Positions 9,556 to 20,296 are shown, counted from the stretch's first letter. The stretch: DNA of 64,000 bases from Roseibacillus sp. (GCA_965242925.1 CBDEUM010000018.1:65041-129040); one strand, 5' to 3'. A program made the numbers and translations. The notes: generated by a model not told the origin, from the sequence alone.

Positions 9556-10239
9556 ATGAGACGTTTACTTGCTACTCTGGGCCTTTTCTGGACCTTTCCT
9601 TTCCTCGCATGGGCGGACCATCACGGCAAGGCAGAGGACATGTCCATTTTTGACGGGAAGACCCTGAAGGGATGGAATGTAAACCAGGGGGAGGAAAAGT
9701 GGTGGAAAGTGGCTGATGGTGCGATCGAGGGTGGCTCGCTCACCGAGCACGTCCCCCACAACACCTTTTGCGTATCTGACAAGTCCTACAAGGACTTCGA
9801 GTTGAATGTGAAGTTCAAGATCACGCCGGTGAAGGGCGGGATCAACTCGGGGGTCCAGATCCGGAGCCAGCGCATCGCGAACCATCACGAGATGATCGGC
9901 TACCAGGCGGATGCGGCGAAGAATTACTGGGGAAAGATCTATGACGAATCGCGCCGCCGGAAGGTCATCTCCAAGGTGCTGGATCCGGAGGCCCTGGCCA
10001 AGGTGGTCAAGCCGGAGGGCTGGAACCACTATCGCATTCTCTGTAAAGGTCCGCGCATCCGCATGTGGTTCAACGATGTGGCGTGTGCCGACTACACCGA
10101 GAAGGATGCCGGGATTCCTCTCGAGGGATACATTGGCCTGCAGGTGCATGGTGGCGGAACGCTCACGGTGCGGTTCAAGGAGATCACCCTGAAGGAGTTG
10201 TCCCCCTCCAAAGCCGGGCAGCAGAAAGCGGAAGAGTAG
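9556..10239 (+). CDS. DUF1080 (3-keto-disaccharide hydrolase-like) secreted protein
   Basis: IFDGKTLKGW, NSGVQIRS, WNHYRI and GYIGLQVH...VRFKEI motifs; signal peptide. Confidence 0.9.
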   Translation: MRRLLATLGLFWTFPFLAWADHHGKAEDMSIFDGKTLKGWNVNQGEEKWWKVADGAIEGGSLTEHVPHNTFCVSDKSYKDFELNVKFKITPVKGGINSGVQIRSQRIANHHEMIGYQADAAKNYWGKIYDESRRRKVISKVLDPEALAKVVKPEGWNHYRILCKGPRIRMWFNDVACADYTEKDAGIPLEGYIGLQVHGGGTLTVRFKEITLKELSPSKAGQQKAEE

Positions 10240-10420
10240 AAGCGGTTTACAGGACAAATCGCATCTCATGAAAGCGTTTCTTGTCTGCCTCGCGCACCCT
10301 GGCACCTCGTCCGGGAATGGAGGGTGGGGAGGCGTGCCCGCGGACCCGGTCCCATAAACCTAAACAGGGAGATCCCGGTTTATTTTCTCCCCGGGCCTCT
10401 CCATTCCTCCACGGTGGCAA

Positions 10421-11119
10421 CTATCGACCGAAGAGCAGGTGGAGATGGTAGAGGTAGAGTTCGCGCAGGGTGAAACTTGCGCGGGACTTCATCGATTCGA
10501 ATCGCGAGGTGGTGGTGCCGGAGGGGGAGGCTTCAATCCCCTGTCTGCGGGCTATCAGTACCCCGCGCTTGAGATGCCAGGGATCGCTCACGATGAGGGC
10601 ACTTGCGAAGTCCTGCTGATCCAGGATGTTCTTGGCCTCTTCCAGGTTCTGGATGGTCGTGCGGGAACGGCTTTCCACGAAGAGCACGCTTTCCGGAATG
10701 CCCCGCTGGAGGCAGTAATCGCGAGCCACTTCTCCCTCCGAGTAGGGCGCGCCCGTCCCTTTTCCCCCGGTCAGGACGAGCGCCGTGACGCGGCCCTCCT
10801 GATACACCCTGATGGCGTGATTGAGGCGTTCGCGGAATACGGGAGAGGGTTTGTCATGCCAGGCTGCTCCCCCGAGGACGATGGCACAGTCGGCATTCTG
10901 TCCGTTGTCGCGAAAACCGTATCGGTTGATCGAAACGGCTTGCCAGATGAAATAGAGTGCGAGGGTGCCGAGGAGACAGAGAATGAGGCGTCGGAGATTA
11001 CGCGGCTTCCGGTTTGGGTTTTCCCGATTATCCGGTGTGGGTTGAGGAGCGGAACCAGCAGCGCCGTCCGGATTCGGATCCGTGGTACGGACCTGCCCTG
11101 TTGCCTGATCGTCGCTCAT
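10421..11119 (-). CDS. YdcF/ElyC/SanA family (DUF218) membrane-anchored protein
   Basis: AIVLGG, LVLTGG, SE, ESRSRTTIQN, VSDPWHLKR and RE motifs; one TM segment. Confidence 0.85.
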   Translation of the reverse strand: MSDDQATGQVRTTDPNPDGAAGSAPQPTPDNRENPNRKPRNLRRLILCLLGTLALYFIWQAVSINRYGFRDNGQNADCAIVLGGAAWHDKPSPVFRERLNHAIRVYQEGRVTALVLTGGKGTGAPYSEGEVARDYCLQRGIPESVLFVESRSRTTIQNLEEAKNILDQQDFASALIVSDPWHLKRGVLIARRQGIEASPSGTTTSRFESMKSRASFTLRELYLYHLHLLFGR

Positions 11120-11270
11120 ACCTGCAGACTCTAGTCTAGCCCAGTCTGGAGAGATGGCGAGGAATCAGTGGTCAGTCTACCGGGGAGGGCGTACCACAGT
11201 GCGGGGTACACCGTATGATGCCGCCTCTCTCTGCCGTTTGACGTTCCGGGGGGAGATGCTGGCTCAGGAC

Positions 11271-14060
11271 TTAATGCGCCTCCAGCCAGTTTGTTCCCGT
11301 TCCGGCATCCACCCTGATGGGAACGTCATGGGGAAGAGGGAGAGCCAGCTGCATCGCTTCCACGATAACCGGGACTAATTCGTCTGCTTCCTCTTCGTGG
11401 AGATCGAAGACCAGTTCGTCATGGACCTGCAGAAGCATGCGGCTCCGGTAGTTGCCGTCACGCAGGAGTTCCTGCACCCGGATCATGGCAACTTTGATCA
11501 TGTCGGCGGCACTCCCCTGGATGGGAGTGTTGATGGCCGCCCGCTGGGCATTGCCGCGCACGGTGGCATTGGCTGAATTGATATCACGCAGGTAGCGACG
11601 TCGGCCGGTGAGGGTCTCAACGTAGCCATTCTCCTTCGCTCCCTCCACCGTGGAATCCATGTAGTCCTTCACTCCGGGATACTGCTCGAAGTAGGTGCTG
11701 ATGATTTCTCCTGCTTCTGTCCGCGGGATGCCCAGCCGTTGTCCCAGGCCAAAGGCCGAGATCCCGTAGATGATTCCGAAGTTGACCATCTTGGCAGCAC
11801 TGCGCATGGCCGGTTCCACGTTTTCGAGGCTGACGCCATGGACCCTTGCGGCGGTGGCGGAATGAATGTCGAGATCCTTCTCAAAGGCCTCGATCATGCC
11901 CGTGTCCCCCGACATGGCGGCCATGATGCGCAACTCGATCTGCGAATAGTCTGCCGAGAGAAGAATGAAGGCCCCGTCCCGGGGCACGAAGGCGGTCCGG
12001 ATCTCGCGTCCGAGCTCGGTCCGGACCGGGATGTTCTGCAGGTTGGGATCGCTGGAGGCCAAGCGCCCGGTGGCTGCCACCAGCTGGTGGAACTGGGTGT
12101 GGACGCGTCCGTCCTTGGCCGCCACCCACTCGGGAAGACGGTCGATGTAGGTTGACTTGAGCTTGGCGGCTTCCCGGTAGGAAAGGATGTCGGCCACGAA
12201 AGGGTGCTTGACCGCGAGGGAGGCCAGGGTCTGCTCATCCGTCTTGTATTGTCCGGTAGCGGTCCTGCGCGGTTTGTCCACAAGCTTCATCTCATCAAAG
12301 AGAACCTCCCCGAGCTGCTTGGGAGAGTTGAGATTGAATTCCCGGCCGGCCTGCTCGACAAGTGACCGGGAGAGGTCATCGATACGCTTCTGCATGCTCT
12401 TTCCGCAGGATGCAAGCACCTCAAGGTCGAGGGCGATGCCCTCGTCCTCGATTGCCACCAGGACGGGAAGAACCGGGGCTTCGATTTCGTAGAAAACGCG
12501 CTGTTGTCCCTTTTCCTCGAGGCGGGGGCGCAGTTTGTCAGCCAGTTGGAAAGTGATATCGGCATCCTCTCCCGCATACTGGGCGAGTTTTTTCACGGGA
12601 ATGGAGGCCATGTCGATGACGTCCTTTTCCTGGAAGAGGTCCCCCTGGGACGGGCTTTCGCCTGCCTTGGAGGGGTCCCCCCCGGTCAGTTCGCTCAGTT
12701 TGATGGGAGTGTAGGCCAGAAGAGACTCCGCGAGGTAGTCCATGGTGTGGCGCTGGTCGGGTAGCAGCAGGGTGTGCGCGAGGAGGGTGTCGAAGAAGGG
12801 GCCGTTCACGATCATCCCGTGATTGCGGAGGACGGCGAGATCGTATTTGAGGTTGTGCCCGATCTTCTCCGCCGGGCCTGTCAGCGCGGTCCGGAAGACC
12901 TCCAGGGCCTCCGCGTCAGGAAGGGTTGCGAAAATCGCGGTCCCACTCTTCCAGCTGAATGAGATGCCGAGCAGCTTCGCCTCGAAGCGGTCAAGGGAGG
13001 TGGTTTCGATGTCGAAACAGAAACGCTCCTGACTCTCCAGGGATGCAGCCAGCTTGCGTCGTTTGGCATCGGTGTCGGCGAGAGTATATTCGGGATCGAG
13101 GTCCTTGATGGTTCTGAGGTCGGCAGAGAGGACTTCCTCTCCTTTCTCGTCGACCACCAGCGCAGTCTTTCCGCGCCCTGCCACGAACTCCTTGCCGAAG
13201 AGGCGTCGTCCCAGGGCATTGAACTCAAATTCCGTGAAGAGTGACTTGACCGCCTCATCGTCGAGTTCCTGCAGGACAAGGTCTTCAAGGCTCTGCTCTA
13301 CCGGGACATTCTTTATGATGGTGGCGAGTTCCTTCGAGAGGCGGGCCTGGTCGGCATTCTCAATCACGCGCTCCTTGAGCTTGCCCTTCAGCGCCCCGGT
13401 ATTCTCCAGCAGGTTCTCCACGGATCCCCACTCGGCGACCAGTTTTTTTGCGGTCTTTTCTCCCACCCCGGGGATCCCGGGAATGTTGTCGGACTTGTCG
13501 CCCATCAACCCCAGGATATCGATGACCTGGTCCGGGCTCTCGATTTCCCAGAGCGCGCGCAGGGCGGAGAGGTCCACGATCTCGTGGTCATTTCCCCGCC
13601 TGCCGGGCTTCCACATGACACACCGTTCCGAGATGAGTTGTCCGAAGTCCTTGTCGGGGGTCACCATGAAGGTTTCGATTCCGCCTGCCTCATCGGCCTG
13701 ATGGGCGAGGGTGCCGATGATATCGTCCGCCTCGTAACCATCGAGTTCCAGCAGGGGGATACGGAAGGCCTGGCAGAGGCGCTTGAGATGAGGGAGTGCA
13801 GCAGCCAGGTCCTCGGGCATTTCCTCCCGGTTGGCCTTGTATTCCGGGTAGATCTCATGGCGCGGGGTGGGGGCCCGGGTGTCGAAGGCGACTGCGAGGT
13901 GAGTGGGTTTCTCCTTCTCGAGGATGGTCAGGATAGTGTTGGTAAAACCGAAGAGCGCGGAGCTGTTTACTCCTTTAGAGGTAAAGATGGGGCTGCGAAT
14001 CAGCGCGAAATGGGCCCGGTAGGCCAATGCCATGCCATCGAGCAGGAAGAGTCGCCGCAT
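11271..14060 (-). CDS. polA: DNA polymerase I
   Basis: 5'-3' exonuclease (LLDG..LAYRAHFA, YEADD); 3'-5' exonuclease (DIETT, HNLKYD, YAGED); polymerase motifs DYSQIELR, KMVNFGIIYG and QVHDEL. Confidence 0.98.
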   Translation of the reverse strand: MRRLFLLDGMALAYRAHFALIRSPIFTSKGVNSSALFGFTNTILTILEKEKPTHLAVAFDTRAPTPRHEIYPEYKANREEMPEDLAAALPHLKRLCQAFRIPLLELDGYEADDIIGTLAHQADEAGGIETFMVTPDKDFGQLISERCVMWKPGRRGNDHEIVDLSALRALWEIESPDQVIDILGLMGDKSDNIPGIPGVGEKTAKKLVAEWGSVENLLENTGALKGKLKERVIENADQARLSKELATIIKNVPVEQSLEDLVLQELDDEAVKSLFTEFEFNALGRRLFGKEFVAGRGKTALVVDEKGEEVLSADLRTIKDLDPEYTLADTDAKRRKLAASLESQERFCFDIETTSLDRFEAKLLGISFSWKSGTAIFATLPDAEALEVFRTALTGPAEKIGHNLKYDLAVLRNHGMIVNGPFFDTLLAHTLLLPDQRHTMDYLAESLLAYTPIKLSELTGGDPSKAGESPSQGDLFQEKDVIDMASIPVKKLAQYAGEDADITFQLADKLRPRLEEKGQQRVFYEIEAPVLPVLVAIEDEGIALDLEVLASCGKSMQKRIDDLSRSLVEQAGREFNLNSPKQLGEVLFDEMKLVDKPRRTATGQYKTDEQTLASLAVKHPFVADILSYREAAKLKSTYIDRLPEWVAAKDGRVHTQFHQLVAATGRLASSDPNLQNIPVRTELGREIRTAFVPRDGAFILLSADYSQIELRIMAAMSGDTGMIEAFEKDLDIHSATAARVHGVSLENVEPAMRSAAKMVNFGIIYGISAFGLGQRLGIPRTEAGEIISTYFEQYPGVKDYMDSTVEGAKENGYVETLTGRRRYLRDINSANATVRGNAQRAAINTPIQGSAADMIKVAMIRVQELLRDGNYRSRMLLQVHDELVFDLHEEEADELVPVIVEAMQLALPLPHDVPIRVDAGTGTNWLEAH

Positions 14061-14160
14061 GCCGGAGGATTCCGGGGGGAGCTCCTCAGGTCAACGGTTT
14101 CCCCCAATTTGACAAATCCACGGAAATAGCCCTTTATTGAGAGGTAGACCATTTATCAAA

Positions 14161-15021
14161 ATGAATAAATATGCCATCTGGGCTGCCGCCATCATCATCA
14201 GCTTCTTCGTGGGGCGCGGGATGTACCCACCTCTCAGCGGAGCTCTTCTCGGCGGGGAGACGTCCGCGAGCACGCCGCAGGCGTTTCAAGAGGTAAAGTA
14301 TGGGGCTGGTAGCCGTGAGCTTTTCATCAAGATCAATCTGGAGACCATCGAGGAGGGTGAGATGCCCGCGACCATCGAGCTGAAGAAACGTACGACCGTT
14401 GCCACAAGCGATGGAAGCCAGGAGACAGCGCTTGAGGTGGGAACCACGGTAAATGTTCGTAAGATGAACGGCTACAACCTTGAGATTTCCCCGGGGGGAC
14501 CGCTTGTTGGATTCGTTCGCATCGTTGATACCGACTTTGTCGAGCACGTGATTGCCTACCGGGCGCGCCGTCATTTTGGAAAAGACCCTGCCGTTGCGGA
14601 CAATTCGGAGCCGCGCCCCGTGCCTCCGCCCACTCTTCCGGAGATCGCGGCCAATACGCCTCCCAAGGCGGATCCCACCCCGGCTTCCGAACCCAAGCCA
14701 GAGCCCGCTCCGGAGCCCGCCGCCCCGGAGCCAGAGCCCGCCCCAGAGCCAGAGCCCACGAACCTGAACGCCGAGCAGATTGTGGCGGCCATGAAGGAGA
14801 GCGTGAAGGGAAGTCGCATCAAGGAGTTCAAGTTTGAGCAGGTGGAAGGCTGGAAGGCCGGCGAAGAGGAGAACGTGGACGGGGAGATGTACCAGACCGG
14901 GTTGGCTGCCTACAAGGCGCAGACCATCTTCGGCGAAAAGACCGTGCAGGCCAAGGCGCTCATCAAGGAGGGCAAGGTGGTCAAGTGGATCTACGCCAAG
15001 ACCGGGATGGAAATCCGCTAG
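14161..15021 (+). CDS. Hypothetical membrane-anchored protein with a Pro/Glu-rich linker
   Basis: N-terminal hydrophobic anchor, (PE/PA)n linker, two globular segments; coding-like codon usage. Confidence 0.7.
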   Translation: MNKYAIWAAAIIISFFVGRGMYPPLSGALLGGETSASTPQAFQEVKYGAGSRELFIKINLETIEEGEMPATIELKKRTTVATSDGSQETALEVGTTVNVRKMNGYNLEISPGGPLVGFVRIVDTDFVEHVIAYRARRHFGKDPAVADNSEPRPVPPPTLPEIAANTPPKADPTPASEPKPEPAPEPAAPEPEPAPEPEPTNLNAEQIVAAMKESVKGSRIKEFKFEQVEGWKAGEEENVDGEMYQTGLAAYKAQTIFGEKTVQAKALIKEGKVVKWIYAKTGMEIR

Positions 15022-15185
15022 GCGGGGTTCCGTTTTGTTCCGGGTTGGCGGCTGGCGGCAGTGGGAGGGCGAAGGCTCTCATGCTTGCTCCTTCACTTCA
15101 GGGAGATGCCCTGTGGTCGGGATGCGGCCCGGGCGATTGCTTTCCGATGTTGCCAGCCCCCAACCGGCTCCTGGAACCGTTTTCC

Positions 15186-16664
15186 CTAACAGAACCGCGT
15201 TCGCAGGTGCGCCAGATAATGCTCGGGATTGGTCCGCTCCCCGGTGACGGACTCCATCAGATCCTGGGGGAGCAGGGTGGATCCGGTGGCGTGCACCTTG
15301 TCCTGCATCCACTTGAGGAGGGGGAGGTAGTCGGCACGGATGCAGGCGGAGGCGATCTCTTCGTCGTTGATGGCAGTGTCGTGCAGCTGGGCAGCGTTGA
15401 GATTGCCAATACTGTAGGTCGAAAAATAGCCGAGCCCACCCATTGACCAGTGGATGTCCTGCAGGCAGCCGTTGGCGTCGTCGGGTGGTCGGAAGCCGAA
15501 GAGGGATTCGAATTCCGAATTCCACGCCTCCGGGACGTCAGCCACTTCCAGGGTCCGGTTGAGCAGGCGTCGTTCGATGGAGAAACGCAGGAGAATGTGC
15601 AGGTCGTAAGTGGCTTCGTCAGCTTCCACGCGAATACACGAGTAACTCGCACGGTTCACTCCACGCAGGAAGTTATCCAGGGACATGGTGCGGAGGTTGG
15701 GGAAGATCTCCGCTGCCCTTGGAAGCCACTTTTCCCAGAAGGGGCGGGCGCGTCCGACATGGTTTTCCCATAGCCGGGACTGGGACTCGTGAATTCCGAG
15801 GGAGACCGCCTGCCCCGAGGGCAGGCCGTGTTCGCTTCCGGGCAGGCCTTGGTCGTAGAGGCCATGGCCGGCCTCGTGCATCACTCCGAAGAGCGAGGAG
15901 AGAAAGTCCCGCTCATCGTAGCGGGTGGTCAGGCGGGTGTCACTGGGGCCGAGGTGGGTGCAGAAGGGATGGGTTACAGTATCGATGCGGCCTGCCTCGA
16001 AGTCGAATCCAAGGCTCTCTGCAATTTCACGATTCAAGACCTTCTGATCCTCGATGGGGTAGTGTGCGTCCAGCAGGTCGGCAGGGGTGGATCTGGAATT
16101 CTCAACTGCCTCGCGGGCGATCTCGGCCACCGGTTTGCGAAAACGGTCGAAGAGGCTGGCCACCTCGGCAGTATCGGAACCACGCTCGTATTCCTCAAGG
16201 AGGGCGTCATAGGGCTCGCCGTGGTAGCCCCAGAGTTCGGCCTTCTCCCGGGCGATATCGAGGAGGTTGTTCAGGGAGGGGGTGAACTTCGAGAAATCAG
16301 ACTCCTTGCGGGCGGTGACCCAGGCCGCCTTGCCGCGGGAGGAACTTTCGGTGTCACGTTCCACCAGTTCCCGGGGCAGCCTGGCGGATCGGTCGAAGTG
16401 GTGGCGGAACTCCCGCAGGTTGGCCACCACCACCGGGTCGTCACTGCCTTCCGCCTCGGCAGCTTCCAGGGCGGCGCGCCATCGATCGGAGGTGGCTAGT
16501 TCATGGGCCTTTCCCGAAAGCCAGGCCAGTTGACCCGCACGGTAGTTGACCGCGGCGGGAGGGAGGCGGGTTTCCTGGTCCCAGCCCAGCACCGAGGCAG
16601 TGGTGGAAATGAGAGCCCGTTCCCGGGACAGTTCGCACAGAGACTGGTAGGCGCTCGCACTCAT
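15186..16664 (-). CDS. Carboxypeptidase, M32 (Taq) family
   Basis: HPF, HEAGH, IHESQSRLWEN, IRVEADE, GCLQDIHW and GYF motifs. Confidence 0.95.
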   Translation of the reverse strand: MSASAYQSLCELSRERALISTTASVLGWDQETRLPPAAVNYRAGQLAWLSGKAHELATSDRWRAALEAAEAEGSDDPVVVANLREFRHHFDRSARLPRELVERDTESSSRGKAAWVTARKESDFSKFTPSLNNLLDIAREKAELWGYHGEPYDALLEEYERGSDTAEVASLFDRFRKPVAEIAREAVENSRSTPADLLDAHYPIEDQKVLNREIAESLGFDFEAGRIDTVTHPFCTHLGPSDTRLTTRYDERDFLSSLFGVMHEAGHGLYDQGLPGSEHGLPSGQAVSLGIHESQSRLWENHVGRARPFWEKWLPRAAEIFPNLRTMSLDNFLRGVNRASYSCIRVEADEATYDLHILLRFSIERRLLNRTLEVADVPEAWNSEFESLFGFRPPDDANGCLQDIHWSMGGLGYFSTYSIGNLNAAQLHDTAINDEEIASACIRADYLPLLKWMQDKVHATGSTLLPQDLMESVTGERTNPEHYLAHLRTRFC

Positions 16665-16789
16665 GGGCGAGCGCTTAGCGTTCCGGGCCCCCATGGGCAA
16701 GGTAAAGCTCGATTTCCTCCTTGTGGGAGGGAGTCCCGATGCCCAGATTAAAACCGGGTGGAGCAGAGAAAATTCGGAATCCCCCGTTC

Positions 16790-17854
16790 ATGAGTATTGT
16801 CAGTAGGAGCTACGCCAGTCCGGATGCCGCCGATGCTCTCAAACGGCAGCGGCGCATGGCGAGCGTCACCAGTCTGGTCATCGCCATCCTGGTGGTGGCG
16901 CTGGTTGCGATTGTCCTTGCTCTCTTCCTCCTGCCCGCCTTCAGGCTGGAGGTGGCTCCGATCGTGGCTTATTCGGCGGAGGTGGAGGAAGAGGAGGTTG
17001 TCGAGCAGCCTGAAGTTACGCCTCAGGTGCAGCGCCAGCCCGCTGCTCCCAGCTCCACCATGGCAAAGGTGATCGCGACCTCTGTTCCCAGCCCCACGGC
17101 TGTTCCGGTGCCGGAAACCGATACTCCCGATCCGTCCATGGAATACGGGGACGGCGACGACTTCGGTGAAGGCTGGGGAGAAGGATCCGGATCCGGGCTC
17201 GGTGGAGGCACCAGCTTTTTCGGGGTAGCTTCCAGGGCGGAGCGCATCGCCTACGTCATCGACTACTCGGCATCCATGCGAGGGCAGGGGAGGGAGGAGC
17301 TGATGCGCAAGGAATTAATACGTTCGGTGGACCGGATCGCCCCCAAGACGAATTACGCTCTCATCTTCTTTGCCGGTCCGGCGTGGGTGGCGGGGGATGA
17401 GGTGGACTGGACCAAGAAGAAGGCGACCGTGACAGGGAAGGGTCGACGGAAATACGACTGGAAATCGCCCGGCACCGCTCATGAGTGGAAACAGGTCGGT
17501 GAGAAGGAACCCGTTGACTGGCTCAGAGCTACCGACGGACAGCTCTCCAAGTCACGCAAGATCATCAAGGAGACCCGCCTGGTGTGGGGGACGCGCTGGG
17601 ACAATCCCCTCCAGATGGCCCTCGACATGGATCCTCCGCCCCAGGTCATCTACTTCATGACGGATGGTTCGGCCAGGGGGTCGGACAAGTGGTCGCGCGA
17701 GATCGGAGCCAGGGCCAGGAGCCGTGGAATCAAGATCAATTGTGTGGCCATGATGCAGCCCAAGGCGCACGATGACATGGAGGATCTTGCCAAGAGAACC
17801 GACGGTCACTTCACCATCGTCATGCAGGGTGGACAGCGAAAGAAGGTGCGCTAG
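16790..17854 (+). CDS. Membrane-anchored von Willebrand factor A domain protein
   Basis: TM helix, Pro/Glu linker, MIDAS motif VIDYSASM, YFMTDG. Confidence 0.8.
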   Translation: MSIVSRSYASPDAADALKRQRRMASVTSLVIAILVVALVAIVLALFLLPAFRLEVAPIVAYSAEVEEEEVVEQPEVTPQVQRQPAAPSSTMAKVIATSVPSPTAVPVPETDTPDPSMEYGDGDDFGEGWGEGSGSGLGGGTSFFGVASRAERIAYVIDYSASMRGQGREELMRKELIRSVDRIAPKTNYALIFFAGPAWVAGDEVDWTKKKATVTGKGRRKYDWKSPGTAHEWKQVGEKEPVDWLRATDGQLSKSRKIIKETRLVWGTRWDNPLQMALDMDPPPQVIYFMTDGSARGSDKWSREIGARARSRGIKINCVAMMQPKAHDDMEDLAKRTDGHFTIVMQGGQRKKVR

Positions 17855-19625
17855 ATCCCCCGCTTCCCTCCTGAATCAATTCGGGGTATGCCGCGGTGGC
17901 AACGTTGCTGCAGAGTTGCACGATTTGCTTCGTTTCGGCGGCCTGCAGGCACTGGTCGGCCAGGGTTGAGCACTTCTCAAAATCGAGCAGGCGGACAGCC
18001 TGTTTCACCAGCGGGGCGAGGGGAGCGCCCACCGAGAGTTCATCCACGCCGAGGCCCACCAGGAGGGGAAGCAATATCAGGTCGCTCGCCATTTCGCCGC
18101 ATACCCCGGTCCAGATGTTATGCTGAGAAGCCCCGTCGATGACCATCTTGATCAATCGGACGACACCCGGGTGGGCGGAGCGATAGAGTTTTGCGACGCG
18201 TGGGTTCACGCGATCGACCGCTACCGTGTACTGCACCAGATCGTTGGTTCCGATGGAAAAAAAGTCGACCTCGGAGGCGATGTCGGCGGCGATCATGGCG
18301 GCGGAGGGGACTTCGATCATGGCGCCCACCGCGATATTCTGGTTGAACTCCACTCCGCGGGCAGTGAGTTCCGCTACACACTCAGCCAGCAGGCTCTTGG
18401 CCTGTTTTACCTCCCCGAGCCCGGAGATGAGGGGAAACATGAGCCCGACCCGGCCCGCGGTGCCGGCGCGCAGAATGGCGCGCAGCTGTTCCTTGAAGAG
18501 GTCCTTGCGGTCGAGAGAGAAGCGGATGCCTCTCCAGCCGAGGAAGGGATTCGGTTCCGGTTCGCTCAGGGGTTCCCCGGGAAGCTTGTCGCCCCCGGCG
18601 TCCAGGGTTCGGAAGATCACTTCGCTGGGTGCGGCGCGTCGTGCCACCCGCGAGTACAGCGCGGCTTGCTCCTCCTCATCGGGGCATTCCTCTTTCTCCA
18701 GCAGAAAAAACTCGGTCCGGAACAGGCCCACCCCCTCCGCCCCCGAGCGGTTCACCAGATCCAGCTCATCCTCGGACTTGATGTTGGCAGAGAGGATGAT
18801 TGCGTGTCCGTCGGTGGTGATCGCCTTCAGATCGCGCAACTTATCGAGTTCGGCCCGCCGGCGCTGGTGCTCTTCTTCCAGTTCGCGATATCTGGCGACC
18901 GTTTCCGGGGTAGGATTGGAGATCAATTTGCCCTCGTATCCGTCGAGGATACAGGAATCGAGGGCGTGCAGATTGAAGACAGCGTTGCGCAGGCCCACCA
19001 CCGCGGGAATACCCAGGGAACGGGCGAGGATGGCGGTGTGGGAGGTGACGCTGCCCTGTTCGGTTGCGAATCCCAGTACCTGGTGCCGGTTCATGGTCGC
19101 GGTGGCGGAGGGGCTGAGATCGTAGGCTACAAGGATGTGCAGGTGATCAGGATCGTCGGAAGCGGGTTCCTCGTGTTCCGTGTCAAAATTGCGCAGGACC
19201 CGTTGGCAGACATCCTCGATGTCGGTAGTGCGGTCGCGCAAAAAGGGGTCGGGGATGCGCCGCATCGACTCAAGCTGGTTCTGCATCACTGCGTAGAAGC
19301 AGTATTCGGCATTCTGCCGTCGTTCCTCGATGGCCTTGGGCACGCCCGTGAGCACAATCGGGTCCTCCAGGACCAGCATGTGGGCCTCGAAGATACGTCC
19401 TTCCTCGTTTCCGGAGAGGGACTCCATGTGTTCACGGAGACCTTTAAGCTGCCCATGGGTGCGGCGCAGGGCGTCTTCGAACCTTTCGGTTTCGCGGGCC
19501 ACGTTGGCGATGGGATAGACGTCGGGAGCCGAAAATCCCCGCGCGACTACATGGATCGGGCCGAACACGATCCCGCCTGAGACAGGAGTCCCCGCATAGA
19601 CCATTTCCTTCCTGACTCTGCCCAT
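17820..19625 (-). CDS. ptsI: PTS enzyme I (PEP-protein phosphotransferase)
   Basis: TSHTAILAR phospho-His site; GVGLFRTEF, NPFLGWRGIR, SIGTNDL and CGEMA motifs. Start is uncertain. Confidence 0.95.
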   Translation of the reverse strand: MGRVRKEMVYAGTPVSGGIVFGPIHVVARGFSAPDVYPIANVARETERFEDALRRTHGQLKGLREHMESLSGNEEGRIFEAHMLVLEDPIVLTGVPKAIEERRQNAEYCFYAVMQNQLESMRRIPDPFLRDRTTDIEDVCQRVLRNFDTEHEEPASDDPDHLHILVAYDLSPSATATMNRHQVLGFATEQGSVTSHTAILARSLGIPAVVGLRNAVFNLHALDSCILDGYEGKLISNPTPETVARYRELEEEHQRRRAELDKLRDLKAITTDGHAIILSANIKSEDELDLVNRSGAEGVGLFRTEFFLLEKEECPDEEEQAALYSRVARRAAPSEVIFRTLDAGGDKLPGEPLSEPEPNPFLGWRGIRFSLDRKDLFKEQLRAILRAGTAGRVGLMFPLISGLGEVKQAKSLLAECVAELTARGVEFNQNIAVGAMIEVPSAAMIAADIASEVDFFSIGTNDLVQYTVAVDRVNPRVAKLYRSAHPGVVRLIKMVIDGASQHNIWTGVCGEMASDLILLPLLVGLGVDELSVGAPLAPLVKQAVRLLDFEKCSTLADQCLQAAETKQIVQLCSNVATAAYPELIQEGSGGSSAPSFAVHPA

Positions 19626-19687
19626 TGGCCCGAGTTTGACGGGCGGGCGAGGGCTGGTCAATGCCGACAGGATTCACCTGAGAACGA

Positions 19688-19954
19688 TCAGATTTCCTCG
19701 AAGTTTCGGTTCACCAAATCTTCCAGAGCTTTCATAGCATCCTGAGCGTCAGATCCTTCTACGATTATATTGATGACGGAGCCATGACCGGCCGCCAGCA
19801 TCATCAGGCCCATGATGCTCTTTCCGTTCACCTCTTCACCGTCCTTTTCCACCCGGATATCGGCTTCGAACTTACTTGCCGTCTTCACGAATTGGGCCGC
19901 AGGCCGGGCGTGAATTCCGAGTTTATTGGATATGGTGAGTTCCTTGCTGGTCAT
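19688..19954 (-). CDS. ptsH: Phosphocarrier protein HPr
   Basis: GIHARPAA (His15) and GKSIMGLMML (Ser46) motifs. Confidence 0.95.
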   Translation of the reverse strand: MTSKELTISNKLGIHARPAAQFVKTASKFEADIRVEKDGEEVNGKSIMGLMMLAAGHGSVINIIVEGSDAQDAMKALEDLVNRNFEEI

Positions 19955-20296
19955 AGACAACATCTCAGCACGGGAAGTTTAGGTGGCAGCCCGGTTCGGA
20001 GGGAAGGCAAAACTCCCCGCCGTTCGTGAAGAACTGGTCATTAGCTTCATCGAACTTGAATTTCTGGGTGTTCAATCCGCCGATGCGGGTCATTTCGGGG
20101 AAGGAAGCTCCAGAATCCCGGCCTGAGAACGGGAGCGGACCGCTTTGCCCGGGGGGCAGTTCACCCGGGGTGGATCCACTGCAATCCGCGGAGGTTGGGA
20201 AAGTGGCTCGCCCCCTCGAAAAACGACTCTGCTTCCGGGTGCGGACGATGGCGGGAATGAGGGTTTTGACCAGGGGATTGCCGGACTCGCGGCTCC

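Noticed and set aside
10314..10407. 9-bp inverted repeat (GGAATGGAG/CTCCATTCC) as MITE ends
   Set aside because: The repeat is short, I noticed no second copy, and there is no target-site duplication. It is more likely incidental structure between convergent genes.
14680..14760. 6-bp periodic repeats
   Set aside because: They simply encode a Pro-Glu/Pro-Ala linker, which is common in periplasm-spanning proteins.
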